DNA of 53,891 nucleotides, from positions 1-53,891 of IMG/VR virus record IMGVR_UViG_3300001336_000022; one strand, 5' to 3'. The position numbers were made by a program, and so were the translations under genes. This document shows positions 39,967-49,948 of the stretch, piece after piece. The notes under the pieces were generated by a model, which saw nothing but the letters and a program-made list of their open reading frames with translations, made no database searches and was not told where the DNA came from. The number at the start of each line of letters is the position of its first letter. The first letter of the stretch is position 1. This DNA comes from a virus. Lineage: Duplodnaviria > Caudoviricetes.

Positions 39967-39992
39967 AAAACCCCGGATATCCGGGGTTTTTT
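39967..39992. terminator. Bidirectional intrinsic terminator between the convergent gene blocks
   Basis: Perfect palindrome AAAACCCCGGATATCCGGGGTTTT with A- and T-tracts on either side. Confidence 0.9.
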
Positions 39993-40014
39993 CATGCCTT
40001 GATTTTTGTGAAAC

Positions 40015-40821
40015 TCAGCCGTCAATCTTGGAATCGTATTCCGACCATGAATGTTCTAAAATTTCACTCTTACCGTCCGGGCTAATTGCCACACTGGTTG
40101 TACAAACGGCAATTCTTTCTTCGGGGTCTTCCCACAGCCAATCAAATTCTTCTACATCGTCGATTTCTTCGATTCTTGTTTGATTGACTGCATGGTGGTA
40201 AGATACTGTTGTGCAGAGTAGAGTTTGGTCATCATCCCATGCGATAATCTCATCAATAGCATAGTGACTTCCGAACATGGGAACGAATCCCTCAAAAACT
40301 CCAATAGATTTCCATGGTAGTTTTTCCGGGTCGTTGAAGTCAAAGAAGTGAATCTCATATGCTCCACCCCAGTAACACCCGTGGACTGCGATGATACTGT
40401 GGTCCGGAGAAATAAGAGCATCCGCCATACAAAATCCGGATCCAACCTTGGCTTCTTCACCAATCCAACTAGTCTTTTCCCCAGTATTCAGGTTGACAAC
40501 CGTAACACCTTGATAATCTTCCCCGCATAGCAAATAGTCATCTTTCGTCTTGAGATGGTTTTCACACCACGCAAGAGGCATGCGACCGTAATTTCTCAGA
40601 ACCGTGCCAATCTTGTCCCGAGAACCCTTTCGGAAGATCACAGATTCACAATAATCCCAGCCGGTATCGGAAATTTTATAGGGAACGATTTCAACATAGT
40701 AACGATCACTGGGGGATATTTCGGTTCGCGAGTTTTCCAGTTTCGGCTTTCCAATTTTGAAAGCGTCTTCAACCATCAACCGCTTTTTCTTATACCACTC
40801 GGACTCGATTGCTGAACTCAT
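40015..40821 (-). CDS. Hypothetical protein (beta-rich, ISPD/ISPS repeats)
   Basis: 268-aa ORF coupled to the gp46 stop; ISPSDRY, ISPDHS, ISPDGK motifs suggest partial propeller blades. Confidence 0.6.
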   Translation of the reverse strand: MSSAIESEWYKKKRLMVEDAFKIGKPKLENSRTEISPSDRYYVEIVPYKISDTGWDYCESVIFRKGSRDKIGTVLRNYGRMPLAWCENHLKTKDDYLLCGEDYQGVTVVNLNTGEKTSWIGEEAKVGSGFCMADALISPDHSIIAVHGCYWGGAYEIHFFDFNDPEKLPWKSIGVFEGFVPMFGSHYAIDEIIAWDDDQTLLCTTVSYHHAVNQTRIEEIDDVEEFDWLWEDPEERIAVCTTSVAISPDGKSEILEHSWSEYDSKIDG

Positions 40822-42566
40822 GTTGACTCTTTCTTTTGCATCTTCGTAAAGTCTTTCCGCATGTAAAATTCGATCACGCGGTCGAACTTATCTATCATCG
40901 TCTGCCCACGATGAGAAATCACAAAGACATTTGTCCTGTCGTTGCTGACCAGTTGAAGAAGTTCCATGAAGTCGTCTACACCTGCGGAGTCAAGTGAAGA
41001 ATCAAACACTTCATCAAGCACAAGCAGATTGGTGTTGGTGCTGTTTTTGAGACGGGCAATCTCACGCCATGCCAACAGAATAGCGATGTTGATCCGAAAC
41101 TTCTGACCCTCGGAAAATGAGTTGTATGAAAATTCATCCCGGTGTCGGCTCTTGACGGTTTCTTTGAAATTCTCGTCCAAATTGAAGTTTACAAAGAAGT
41201 CCATCTTTTGGAGATACTGGTTGATGAACTTGTTCATGATCGGCAGGTATTGGCGAATGATCTTCGATTTGATACCCGTGTCTTTGAGAATCGTTTCCGC
41301 AATCTTGAGATAGTGTTGTTCTTCGATAACATTCTTCCGCTTGCTTTCAGACTTTTGCTTATCATCTTTGAAGGATTCTAGTTTGCTCTCACTATCCGTG
41401 GTGTCTGAATTGGAATTTGTCTGATCCTGAATCTTTGCGGATACCTTAGCCATGTAGGTTTCGAATCCACGAATCTCAGATTGAAGATCAGAACGCTGAT
41501 CATTGAATGATCGGATCTCTCCCATAATCTTCTGGTGTTCCTGCATGATCGACTTTTGCTCGCCGATAAGAACCTCAACCTGATCCAACGCCTCGTCCAG
41601 TTTACCCATCCGATCCTTTTGCTCTGAGATGGATTTCTGCTTGAAGTCATCATCAATATCCTGTGAGCATGTTGGACATGTTGAGTTATGTTCATAGAAC
41701 TCGATTGAGTCTTTGATCTTACCCATCTTGGCTTGGACTTTTCGCTTCATCTGAACCGAACGGTCATAGAGAGAGATAGATCCCTCTTTAGTGAAAGCCG
41801 TCTGTGTCAGTTTTTTGATCTTCTCATCAAGTGAGGATATTGCTTCCCAACGCTCGCCGATCTGTTGCTTTGCGTTTTCAATTTCTTCCTCCAACTTTTT
41901 GATGCTCTGTTGATCTTTCTCCCTGATTTTTCGAATGTGGTCCTGTTGGAGTTCGATCTTCTCTTTGATGATATGGATCTGCGAGTCACAGTATGCCAGT
42001 TCAGATTCAGAGTCTTTGATCTTCTGTTTGAGGACAACATTCATGTTAGAGAATACCTGAATGTCCAGAAGATCTTCAATGACCGCTCGACGATCCATAG
42101 CAGACAACTGCATGAATGGGGTAAAGTTAGACGCCCCGAGAACCACAATCTGAGTGAATGATTTGTAGTTCAGTTTGAGGATACTCTGCTCAAGATACTT
42201 CTGGTAGTCTCTGGCAGTGCTGTCTTGATTGAACAGAGTTCCATTTTGATAGATCTCAAAGATGCCGGGCTTCTGTCCACGACGAATCATGTAGTTGGTG
42301 TTCCCGATAGTAAACTCACACTCAACCATACAGTCTTTTTCATTGATCGAGTTCGTCAACTGCGGCTTGTTGATATTTCGGAAAGCCTTGCCGAATAGGG
42401 CAAAGCATAGAGCGTCCAACATTGTTGATTTCCCGGCTCCGTTTTCACCGAGAACTAAAGTTGTTGGTGACTCCGCAAGGTCAACTTCAATGAAAGAGTT
42501 ACCGGTTGCCAGAAAGTTCTTCCAGCGAATTTTCTCAAAGATGATTCCACTTTGTGTGTTACTCAA
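40818..42566 (-). CDS. gp46: Recombination endonuclease subunit gp46 (Rad50/SbcC-like)
   Basis: WKNFLATGN, Walker A GENGAGKST, zinc hook CPTC, FSEGQK signature, LDEVFDSSLD, ISH. Confidence 0.97.
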   Translation of the reverse strand: MSNTQSGIIFEKIRWKNFLATGNSFIEVDLAESPTTLVLGENGAGKSTMLDALCFALFGKAFRNINKPQLTNSINEKDCMVECEFTIGNTNYMIRRGQKPGIFEIYQNGTLFNQDSTARDYQKYLEQSILKLNYKSFTQIVVLGASNFTPFMQLSAMDRRAVIEDLLDIQVFSNMNVVLKQKIKDSESELAYCDSQIHIIKEKIELQQDHIRKIREKDQQSIKKLEEEIENAKQQIGERWEAISSLDEKIKKLTQTAFTKEGSISLYDRSVQMKRKVQAKMGKIKDSIEFYEHNSTCPTCSQDIDDDFKQKSISEQKDRMGKLDEALDQVEVLIGEQKSIMQEHQKIMGEIRSFNDQRSDLQSEIRGFETYMAKVSAKIQDQTNSNSDTTDSESKLESFKDDKQKSESKRKNVIEEQHYLKIAETILKDTGIKSKIIRQYLPIMNKFINQYLQKMDFFVNFNLDENFKETVKSRHRDEFSYNSFSEGQKFRINIAILLAWREIARLKNSTNTNLLVLDEVFDSSLDSAGVDDFMELLQLVSNDRTNVFVISHRGQTMIDKFDRVIEFYMRKDFTKMQKKEST

Positions 42567-43615
42567 AGATTCACCGCTTCCGTATAAATCTCGCTCATAA
42601 TTTTCTTGAGTCGATCAGGGTCTTGAACTTCACTCATATTATCAATCTCTTTGCGAATGAGCGTTAGAGTATCTTCGGTTAGATCTATCGTGATCTTCTC
42701 ATCGTCAAAGTTGTTCGCAAGAGTGGTATCAACAATTCGGATTTGAAAGCATTCGACCTCATACAATTTGCTGATGAGTCGGTCGAATGTATAGGGGTCT
42801 TTCTTGTCAACAACCACAACCTTTACGAAGCACCCATTATACTCCGAAAAGTCTTGGTTGTCAAAGTCATAATCGTTTGCATCGTCGTCATACTTGAACA
42901 CCTTGAAGATGCTGTCGGGATTGGGAATAAACTCCAACTCCCCTGTATTGGTGTCAAAGATATGATACCCCTTGGGTTGCCCGTAGTCTCCAAATGTCAG
43001 AGGATAGGGAGTTCCCAGATAGTGAATGTTGTCTTTGGTGTGTTTCTTATGGAAGTGACCAGACAAAACACAGGGGAACCGACTGAACTGACTTGCTTCG
43101 ATTCCGTCATTGCAAAGAATGTTCGCGTTCATTTCGAATCCGTTGATTTCGAAGTGACCGCAAAGAATCTGCGCTTTGGTTTTTGCGATGAAGTCCGAAC
43201 ACTTCTTTTGATTTTCTCGGTTGATCCATGGGATCATACCAAAGGTAAACTCACCAAACTGAATCTCTGTGGGATCGTTGTATACCGTAAAGCAATCGAG
43301 CGGTGCAAGAATTTCATTCACGGACGATACATCGTTTGTGTTCTTGTAGTAGGTGTCGTGGTTTCCGATGATCGTGTGCCAATGCATACCCAAACGCTCT
43401 GCTGGCTCAATGAATCTTTTCTTGACCCAGTTGAGTGTGCTGATATTCAGATATTTACGGCGGTCAAAAACATCACCAAGATGAATACCGGTGGTAATAC
43501 CCTCGGCATTCATTTTTTCATAGAACGAATCAATAAACTTTTGCTGTGAGTCTGCAATAAGGGCATGATCGTTTCTTGCCCCGAAATGGGTATCACAGAG
43601 AATCGCAATTTTCAT
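42563..43615 (-). CDS. gp47: Recombination endonuclease subunit gp47 (Mre11/SbcD-like)
   Basis: DTHFGARND, HLGDVFDRRK, GNHDTYYKNT, GHFE, SGHFH. Confidence 0.97.
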   Translation of the reverse strand: MKIAILCDTHFGARNDHALIADSQQKFIDSFYEKMNAEGITTGIHLGDVFDRRKYLNISTLNWVKKRFIEPAERLGMHWHTIIGNHDTYYKNTNDVSSVNEILAPLDCFTVYNDPTEIQFGEFTFGMIPWINRENQKKCSDFIAKTKAQILCGHFEINGFEMNANILCNDGIEASQFSRFPCVLSGHFHKKHTKDNIHYLGTPYPLTFGDYGQPKGYHIFDTNTGELEFIPNPDSIFKVFKYDDDANDYDFDNQDFSEYNGCFVKVVVVDKKDPYTFDRLISKLYEVECFQIRIVDTTLANNFDDEKITIDLTEDTLTLIRKEIDNMSEVQDPDRLKKIMSEIYTEAVNL

Positions 43616-43630
43616 AATAAAATTCCTGTA

Positions 43631-43798
43631 TCAGGACTGATCTTTGTCCTCAATGATGCGATAGGTCTTATCGCCCAAGAGGATGAGAGAACCCACCTTG
43701 AGTTTATTCAGATCGTAATTCTCCAAGAGAACTTCTTGAATCTGTTGGCGGGCTTTGCTTACTTCAATGGTCGGATATTTCTTTTGTTCAGTCGTCAT
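43631..43798 (-). CDS. Small hypothetical protein (55 aa)
   Basis: Read manually: MTTEQKKYPTIEVSKARQQIQEVLLENYDLNKLKVGSLILLGDKTYRIIEDKDQS*; fills the gp55-gp47 gap. Confidence 0.55.
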   Translation of the reverse strand: MTTEQKKYPTIEVSKARQQIQEVLLENYDLNKLKVGSLILLGDKTYRIIEDKDQS

Positions 43799-44447
43799 CC
43801 TTTTTCTTTTCCTTTGTCTTGTTCATGAGTTCGGTCATTTTCCCAGTCTTGGGCTTCTTGGGTTTCTTCCCACCTATAGATTGATTCTCGGCAATGTCAC
43901 GGGATGGAATTTTGAGATAGTCCGCAAGCCGTTCTTCCGGCGTACCCTCAAACCCCTCGCGCTTTAGCCACTGATCAAATGTTCCTCGACTATCCATTTC
44001 TCGGATAGCATCGAATTTGATTTGGGCTTGCTTCTTCTCTTTCTCAATCCTTTTAATAAAAGCATAGTAGCAAAATTGCGTAAAGTATGCAAAGGGGTTG
44101 CTGCCTTTGTTCGGATCCCAGTTGTGAATATATGTCAAGCAATTCTCAATGGCATCCCCAATCATATCTTCGACATAGGGATAGAAAGCCCAGTTGGGGG
44201 CTTTGGCGTAGTTCCTTGCAATGTCAAAGATACACTGACCGATATAGTTGTTCGGCGGCGGGAGTTCAGTGCGATCAAGTTCGATGCCTTTTTTCGCGGC
44301 TTTCTGTCTCTCCTTTTCGCACTGCTCCCAGAACGCTGTCATCTCCGCAAGAAACTTGTCCTTGTCAACATAGTGACCTTTGGCGTTTCTTTCGGTTTTT
44401 TCGTCCGTCAGGTAAAACGGCTTTTTCTCATTCTGACCATCTATCAT
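43788..44447 (-). CDS. gp55: Late-transcription sigma factor gp55
   Basis: HYVDKDKFL, NYIGQCI..IA, EDMIGDAIENCL.YIHN.DP.K.SNPFAYFTQ..YYAFIKRIEKEKKQ. Confidence 0.95.
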   Translation of the reverse strand: MIDGQNEKKPFYLTDEKTERNAKGHYVDKDKFLAEMTAFWEQCEKERQKAAKKGIELDRTELPPPNNYIGQCIFDIARNYAKAPNWAFYPYVEDMIGDAIENCLTYIHNWDPNKGSNPFAYFTQFCYYAFIKRIEKEKKQAQIKFDAIREMDSRGTFDQWLKREGFEGTPEERLADYLKIPSRDIAENQSIGGKKPKKPKTGKMTELMNKTKEKKKDDD

Positions 44448-45096
44448 GTGGATTCCACTTCTTCTTTTTCATAGTATCTGTGTCGTTACCCAGTTGATCC
44501 TCGTCTCCGGGGTCGTGACCCCAGTTGTGATCGTTTGGATCCTGTGTATGATTTTCACCCATATCACAACCTTTCCTCATTTCGCTAATTATACCACAAT
44601 CCAACAAAAAGTCAACTACATTTCGGATTTCCGTGGGACTTGGGGTAGAAATTCCATCCATGGTGGTTCCACGGTTTTGCATTTTCGGGTCACCCCACTT
44701 AGAATTTAGAATTTTTTCCATATCCACTTCGTAACAAAGGTCTTCAATATCCATGAGAAGTTCGTCCTCCTCTGTCAATTGGTCATTCATTGAAACCCCA
44801 GTTTCCTTTTCGATTTTGGAAACCATTTCATCATACTCAAAGGCAATATCGGGATTCGGATCGGATAGGGTCAAGACCTGTTTTCGGTCCACCTCACACA
44901 CAGTTTTGTCTTCACTGAACAGAAGCCAAGACCGGTATCGAATTTGATACTGGTGATCCTTACCTTGATTCTCTAGAACGAGAACCATTGGAAAATAGAA
45001 CTTGAGGAGTTGCGGATTACCGGTAACGGTCTCGACATATGAAATGATGTTTTCACCACTACTCATCTTTACCACTTGAATTCCTAGTGATTGCAT
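44428..45096 (-). CDS. Conserved hypothetical protein downstream of uvsW (Sm-like N-terminus)
   Basis: IQVVKMSSGENIIS...PM...W; this slot between uvsW and gp55 is conserved in environmental T4-like phages. Confidence 0.65.
   Translation of the reverse strand: MQSLGIQVVKMSSGENIISYVETVTGNPQLLKFYFPMVLVLENQGKDHQYQIRYRSWLLFSEDKTVCEVDRKQVLTLSDPNPDIAFEYDEMVSKIEKETGVSMNDQLTEEDELLMDIEDLCYEVDMEKILNSKWGDPKMQNRGTTMDGISTPSPTEIRNVVDFLLDCGIISEMRKGCDMGENHTQDPNDHNWGHDPGDEDQLGNDTDTMKKKKWNPHDRWSE
44588..44615 (-). promoter_or_regulatory. Sigma70-type promoter upstream of gp55, internal to the preceding gene
   Basis: TTGACT-N16-TATAAT with an extended -10 TG. Confidence 0.65.
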
Positions 45097-46660
45097 TGGG
45101 AGTCCCCTGTGTTAGGTCAATGGGTATGACTCGATACGGGTGACTCTCGCTAATGTAGATTTCCACCCGTTTACGGAAGTGCGATAGGGCGAAATTCCTC
45201 CTGATCTTGTAGGATAGATCGTCAGCAATATCATAGACTGTAACGATCTCTTTATCTTCTGCTTTACGCAGACCTCGACCGATGGACTGCTTGACAGTCA
45301 CCGGGGCTTTTGTAGGCGATGCCATGATGATATTATGCAATCGCCGAATGTTGATACCGGTAGAGAATGTTCCATACGATGCAATGATAACTGCATCGTC
45401 TTCTTTTTCAACCAGTGATCGAATTTCTTCTCTGGTGTCTTTCGGGACACTACCATCGACATAGTAGACAGACCGCCCGGTATGAGCCAATTTGGATTCC
45501 ATGAGTTCTTTCAGCGTCTTTCCATGCTTGTCGATATACTGAAAGAGCATGAGGGTGTTACCCCTGAGTTTGCATGCAAGGTCTGTCACAAACTCACTAC
45601 GCGGGTTGTGTGCGCAGATAAAGTCCATTTCATCCGGATACCTCATGCCACACACAACTTTGCGGTCATGTTCCGGGTAAGACAGTCTCAGACAGTTGAT
45701 TTGAATCCCAGATGAGATTTTCTTGTCGATCATTTCTTTGGTTGTGATAACCTGTTTGACCGGACCATATAGACCCTCAAGGACAAGACGATGGATACTC
45801 GACTCTTGAAGATCCCGAAGTGTACCCGTCATACCATGTCGGCGATAAGCATGGATACATGAAGTCATGATTCTCTTAGCAGACTGGGCTTCGTATCTGT
45901 GGCATTCGTCTCCAATGACAACTCCAAACTGTTCGAAGTATTTCTTCGGAAGTTTGTAGATCGACTGCCAAGTTGAAATATAGATCTGCTTTTCGCTGGT
46001 GTTCAACTGCCCTTCATAAATCTTATGACAGTGGTCCTCAACATTCCATTTGATAGCCGATGAGTAATCAGCAAAGTCAGAATACAACTGATCAACCAAC
46101 TGAACAGTTGGGACCATGATGAGAATCTTGTTTGCCTTGTCTGTGAAGATTTGTTGCTGATAGTATCTTGCCATCGCGTAAGCGATGACGGACTTACCAG
46201 ATGATGTCGGTGACAGCAAAATTGATCGACCAGTGCGAATGGCGTGACCGAATCCTTGGATCTGGTGGGGGTGTGATGTGATTTCTTTTCCATTGGATCG
46301 CAGGTGAAGCCCCTGCATGAAATCCGCAGCGTTCTCATCATTGAACCCAACAACACCACCGCCCAAAAAATCAATCGCCTTTATCGAGTCACCTGACTGA
46401 CCTGCAAAGTGCATGACATGACCGACCAGACCCGATAGGGTCTGCCCGGTCTTCTGACTCAATAGGCGAATCTTACCATCCCACTTACGGGATTTGTACG
46501 CGGGGGACCATTGTTTGTTCGGCGAGTCGAAAGTAAAATAGTCGGTGAGTTCACGCATCGTGGATTCTGAGTCACACGCAACGCGGATTTGAGCAGCATC
46601 AAGTTGGTAAATTTCAATCTTGCCCATATCTGTATATAGGCAGATTGTAGAACTAGACAA
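45059..46660 (-). CDS. uvsW: DNA helicase UvsW (start likely ATG at 46627)
   Basis: WDGKIRL, SPTSSGKS, STWQS, GDECH, GMTGT, ASYGTFSTGINI..LHN, QSIGRGLR. Confidence 0.96.
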   Translation of the reverse strand: MSSSTICLYTDMGKIEIYQLDAAQIRVACDSESTMRELTDYFTFDSPNKQWSPAYKSRKWDGKIRLLSQKTGQTLSGLVGHVMHFAGQSGDSIKAIDFLGGGVVGFNDENAADFMQGLHLRSNGKEITSHPHQIQGFGHAIRTGRSILLSPTSSGKSVIAYAMARYYQQQIFTDKANKILIMVPTVQLVDQLYSDFADYSSAIKWNVEDHCHKIYEGQLNTSEKQIYISTWQSIYKLPKKYFEQFGVVIGDECHRYEAQSAKRIMTSCIHAYRRHGMTGTLRDLQESSIHRLVLEGLYGPVKQVITTKEMIDKKISSGIQINCLRLSYPEHDRKVVCGMRYPDEMDFICAHNPRSEFVTDLACKLRGNTLMLFQYIDKHGKTLKELMESKLAHTGRSVYYVDGSVPKDTREEIRSLVEKEDDAVIIASYGTFSTGINIRRLHNIIMASPTKAPVTVKQSIGRGLRKAEDKEIVTVYDIADDLSYKIRRNFALSHFRKRVEIYISESHPYRVIPIDLTQGTPNAITRNSSGKDE

Positions 46661-47405
46661 TATATTCCTTACCAGAAATCGTTACAGTTCGGTTGACAAT
46701 TTGCAAACCCTGTTGGGTGAATTTGATAAGAGGGGTGTCCAGATAGGCGTGTCTGACCCCACCCGCTTCTAGGATCTTGAACCCAGCATAGATGCTATCC
46801 ATCCACTGGGATCTTGCCCGCTCGTCTACACTGTTCAGAAAGTGATTCAACATTGATCGGTGACCAATCACAATGTTCACTTTCGAGTTCACAATGGCTC
46901 TGGCGCAATCAGCGCAAGCGTACCATGGGCAAACCATCGTCCAAGTGGAATCACGGTTTACCGTTGCCCTATTGAGAGTTGCCAGAGCATCACGCTCCGC
47001 ATGCTCAGTGTAGTAATACTTGTTTGGTCTAGAATCAAGATCGCCGATTCGTCCCACCTTTTCCCAATTCTGTAGTTCTTCGGAGACTCGATTTGCTCCA
47101 AAGTAATGCGGTCGAAAATCTTGGTGGTCCTGCTTCAAACTTGAGACGATAGTTGCACCCAGTTTGGTGCTTTTGTCCGTGCTGTGTTCATGACCGTAGT
47201 CATAAGCGTCGATCAACGCTTTGCTGACATTGAGCCAGAAGTTGACAGGGCTTTCACACTGCATGTTGCTTAGGAACCACCTTGATTGGTGATCTACAAA
47301 CCGAGTGAATTCCTCAACCGATACGGAAGATTGGTCCCTCGGGCTTTCGCACCCATTGCAGTAGTTCTTTGGAGTCGATTCTTCGCTTTTGTTCTGTTTC
47401 ATCAT
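46653..47405 (-). CDS. dCMP/cytidine deaminase-family protein
   Basis: STKLGATIV, EHAERDA and CPWYACADCARAI zinc-binding motifs. Confidence 0.85.
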   Translation of the reverse strand: MMKQNKSEESTPKNYCNGCESPRDQSSVSVEEFTRFVDHQSRWFLSNMQCESPVNFWLNVSKALIDAYDYGHEHSTDKSTKLGATIVSSLKQDHQDFRPHYFGANRVSEELQNWEKVGRIGDLDSRPNKYYYTEHAERDALATLNRATVNRDSTWTMVCPWYACADCARAIVNSKVNIVIGHRSMLNHFLNSVDERARSQWMDSIYAGFKILEAGGVRHAYLDTPLIKFTQQGLQIVNRTVTISGKEYIV

Positions 47406-47634
47406 AACTTCCTTCGCCGAACTTGCGTTCGTAGTTTTGCTTACGCAGATATTTCACTTCATCACGAAAAGAGAACTTTGCTTGCCAGAGTTTCGGCGGT
47501 TTGCTGAACAGATCGCTTTCAAGTGTTCCGAGTTTGGGGTGGTGCAAATACGCAACCCACTTACCGGATGAAAGTTGTTCTACGCTGATAGGGTTTCCCC
47601 AGTAGCGACCGATACAAGTTCTGGATTCTCTCAA
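47314..47634 (-). CDS. Hypothetical protein
   Basis: 106-aa ORF between uvsY and the deaminase; overlaps the deaminase 5' end, so one boundary is uncertain. Confidence 0.45.
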   Translation of the reverse strand: MRESRTCIGRYWGNPISVEQLSSGKWVAYLHHPKLGTLESDLFSKPPKLWQAKFSFRDEVKYLRKQNYERKFGEGSYDETEQKRRIDSKELLQWVRKPEGPIFRIG

Positions 47635-47670
47635 GTTCTCTCTATGCTTTCTCTATCTCCATAACAAAAA

Positions 47671-48120
47671 TCAAGTTGTGCGGACTTCTCCCCCGACAAA
47701 CTTGACATAATCAATGGCTGAACGAATAGTCCACTGCCGAGACATGATCTCTTTCAAGACCCCCTCAACATACGCAATTTTGTTATCCTGATACTCGATA
47801 GCAAACTCCTTTTTTTGAAGGTCGGCATCGGCATCGAGATACATTTGGATATCTGTTTTAAGAACTTTGAGGTCAAAAGGTTCCCACCCCTCTTGTTCCA
47901 GTTCTTCCTGACTCATCTTACCGGTGTAGTATGCCCACTTCTTTCTCCGAAGTGTAGATCTCTCATGCTTGAGTTGGATGAGCCGATTCTTTTCCTCTGT
48001 AAGGATTCCAATCCACTTATGATGAAGATTAGGAATGCGAAGTAGTTCAGTATCGAATTCCATGGTGTCATGGTCATACCGATCCTGCTTGGCTTCTTTC
48101 TGAATATCTTCTAGTCTCAT
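47671..48120 (-). CDS. uvsY: Recombination mediator UvsY
   Basis: IPNLHHKW, KWAYYTGK, PFDLKVLKTDIQMYLDAD, RQWTIRSAIDY.KF..G. Confidence 0.93.
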   Translation of the reverse strand: MRLEDIQKEAKQDRYDHDTMEFDTELLRIPNLHHKWIGILTEEKNRLIQLKHERSTLRRKKWAYYTGKMSQEELEQEGWEPFDLKVLKTDIQMYLDADADLQKKEFAIEYQDNKIAYVEGVLKEIMSRQWTIRSAIDYVKFVGGEVRTT

Positions 48121-48128
48121 AGTGAGGA

Positions 48129-48157
48129 ATTATACCCCAAAAGAAGTGTCATGTCAA
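48129..48157 (-). promoter_or_regulatory. Perfect consensus sigma70 promoter for uvsY
   Basis: TTGACA-N17-TATAAT, 8 nt before the ATG. Confidence 0.85.
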
Positions 48158-48684
48158 GGGCAAACGAATTCATGTCGCATGTATTTGAACGATGCGTTGA
48201 CAAGAATTTCAGCAGGCGGAGCACCAGTGTAGTTCATATCAAACCCACTTAGAATACCCGGAATGACATTTTGGAACACCATCAATTGGGTTTCCTTACC
48301 CTCGCTGTTGGTAAACATTACCGTGGCATCAGAGTGAAGACTGTTTTTGTCATAGAAGTCCGATGACCCATCATTGGTCGTCGCACGCATCCACTTGTAG
48401 AGTTCTCGATAGTTTTTGAAGTCTTCATCGAGTCGAAAGTTCAACTGCCATTCCGTGAAGTTGACATCAGCCGGAAGCGGAATCTTCCCATACGGCGTTG
48501 GCTGTTCGACAAAGTTTACAGTGTAGGGTGGAACCTGAACACTCTGAGTCCAGAATTCAACATTGGGCAACCGTGTGAATACAACTCGGAATTGATTTTC
48601 CCGAGCCGTATTCAGGTTTGCCGGTTGCGATGAGATAACCCCTGTGGTGGTGGGGTCTCTGATAGGTGGCACATGGTTGCTCAT
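48154..48684 (-). CDS. gp3: Tail completion/tube terminator gp3
   Basis: FRVVFTRLPNVEFWTQSVQVP, F.LDEDFKNYRELYKWM, SDAT; located next to uvsY as in related phages. Confidence 0.85.
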   Translation of the reverse strand: MSNHVPPIRDPTTTGVISSQPANLNTARENQFRVVFTRLPNVEFWTQSVQVPPYTVNFVEQPTPYGKIPLPADVNFTEWQLNFRLDEDFKNYRELYKWMRATTNDGSSDFYDKNSLHSDATVMFTNSEGKETQLMVFQNVIPGILSGFDMNYTGAPPAEILVNASFKYMRHEFVCP

Positions 48685-48701
48685 ACAAAGTATCTAGCGT
48701 T

Positions 48702-49103
48702 TTAGTCTGCTAGTTGCAACTTCGGACCACCGGTCATTTCGGAAGCACTGACTTCGGCAATCTCACCGGGGGTTGCCAGCGACGGCTTCTCGGGTTCAGG
48801 GATATCCAGACCCAGAATGTTTCGCTGGTATGCTCGCTGGGTTTCACCATTGAGTGGACAGTGGTAGGAAACCTGTTCAGCATCAAATTCAAACCCGGTT
48901 TCCCTGTCGAATTCGAAGAACGGACACCAAGGAACCAGACCGGCTCCCTGTGGGGTCTGGACAATGCCAGCAGGGTTCGAAACAGTGAGACCGGTTTCGG
49001 TCTTGGTGACGCGACCAAAGATCATTTCACCGTTGGAAAGACGGACACCGCTAATGGGGTTAGATTCAGACATTACAATCCTTTCAAACTGAGTTATGGA
49101 CAA
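48702..49103 (-). CDS. Conserved hypothetical protein (Sm-like fold)
   Basis: VRLSNGEMIFG...V.NPAGI...GLVPW.PF pattern. Confidence 0.65.
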   Translation of the reverse strand: MSITQFERIVMSESNPISGVRLSNGEMIFGRVTKTETGLTVSNPAGIVQTPQGAGLVPWCPFFEFDRETGFEFDAEQVSYHCPLNGETQRAYQRNILGLDIPEPEKPSLATPGEIAEVSASEMTGGPKLQLAD

Positions 49104-49761
49104 CTATTTCATTCGATGCCACACAACGGAACTGAGTCCCTAGAACATTCCAAGAGACTGCTTTGTGATGATGACCGAAGTACCAATGCTTCGGTTGATG
49201 AAACTCAAACATATCCTGCAAAAGTTTCGTGGTTCGATTTGCATACCTTCCATCGCTCTGCTTTGGATAGAACCGATTCACTAGAAACTCTGGGCAGTCG
49301 TGGGTTACAACCAAGTCTGGCTTCAACTCTTTGTAGAGTTCAAGACACGCTTCCATTTGTTCGGCGGTCAATTGCTCATTTTCGAACACACGACCTCTGT
49401 AGAACGGGGGTGTGTATGCACCGCCGACAAAGAACAAGGGGTATGACGGGTGGCATCCGAAGTCGCCAATGTTACCAAAGGTCTGACTAGACACCACAGG
49501 ATCGTCGTGGTTTCCACGGAACCAAGAGTATTCAATGTTTCGAAACTTCGGACCTTTGACCAGTGCCGGGATATCCTCTGTCAGGAATTCGTCAATCTCC
49601 GGATCAAACCCCATGCCATAGTCACCAACTTGGAGGATGGTCGAGGGTGTATCGGCATTACGGTAAGCAATGTATTCAAGGCAACTGACCAGTGATTTGA
49701 CATCACCGTGAATATCACCGATTAGGTAGAGATGCTTCGTCATTTCAATCATTTTCATCAT
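49084..49761 (-). CDS. Calcineurin-like metallophosphoesterase
   Basis: IGDIHG, QVGDYG, RGNHD, VTHDCP, WYFGHHH. Confidence 0.9.
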   Translation of the reverse strand: MMKMIEMTKHLYLIGDIHGDVKSLVSCLEYIAYRNADTPSTILQVGDYGMGFDPEIDEFLTEDIPALVKGPKFRNIEYSWFRGNHDDPVVSSQTFGNIGDFGCHPSYPLFFVGGAYTPPFYRGRVFENEQLTAEQMEACLELYKELKPDLVVTHDCPEFLVNRFYPKQSDGRYANRTTKLLQDMFEFHQPKHWYFGHHHKAVSWNVLGTQFRCVASNEIVVHNSV

Positions 49762-49948
49762 TCCAAAGGGATCTTCGGTGATCTACAAAATCTTCAAAAT
49801 CATCGAGCGCGTCGTTGACCGGATCAATTAGGATGGACTCCAAACGGTCCATGTCATCGTCCGAAAGATCTTTTAGTCGATCAATTATACACTGCTCAAC
49901 ACGCCGTGTCAAGTCGGAAAGGGTGTTTCGGACGAGAATAGTTGTCAT
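49745..49948 (-). CDS. Small hypothetical protein
   Basis: 67-aa acidic ORF overlapping its neighbours in an operon-like way. Confidence 0.55.
   Translation of the reverse strand: MTTILVRNTLSDLTRRVEQCIIDRLKDLSDDDMDRLESILIDPVNDALDDFEDFVDHRRSLWNDEND

Noticed and set aside
42743-43549. 268-aa + strand ORF, and the similar 48714..49490 ORF
   Set aside because: Antisense to clearly identified genes (gp47; Sm-like protein and phosphoesterase).
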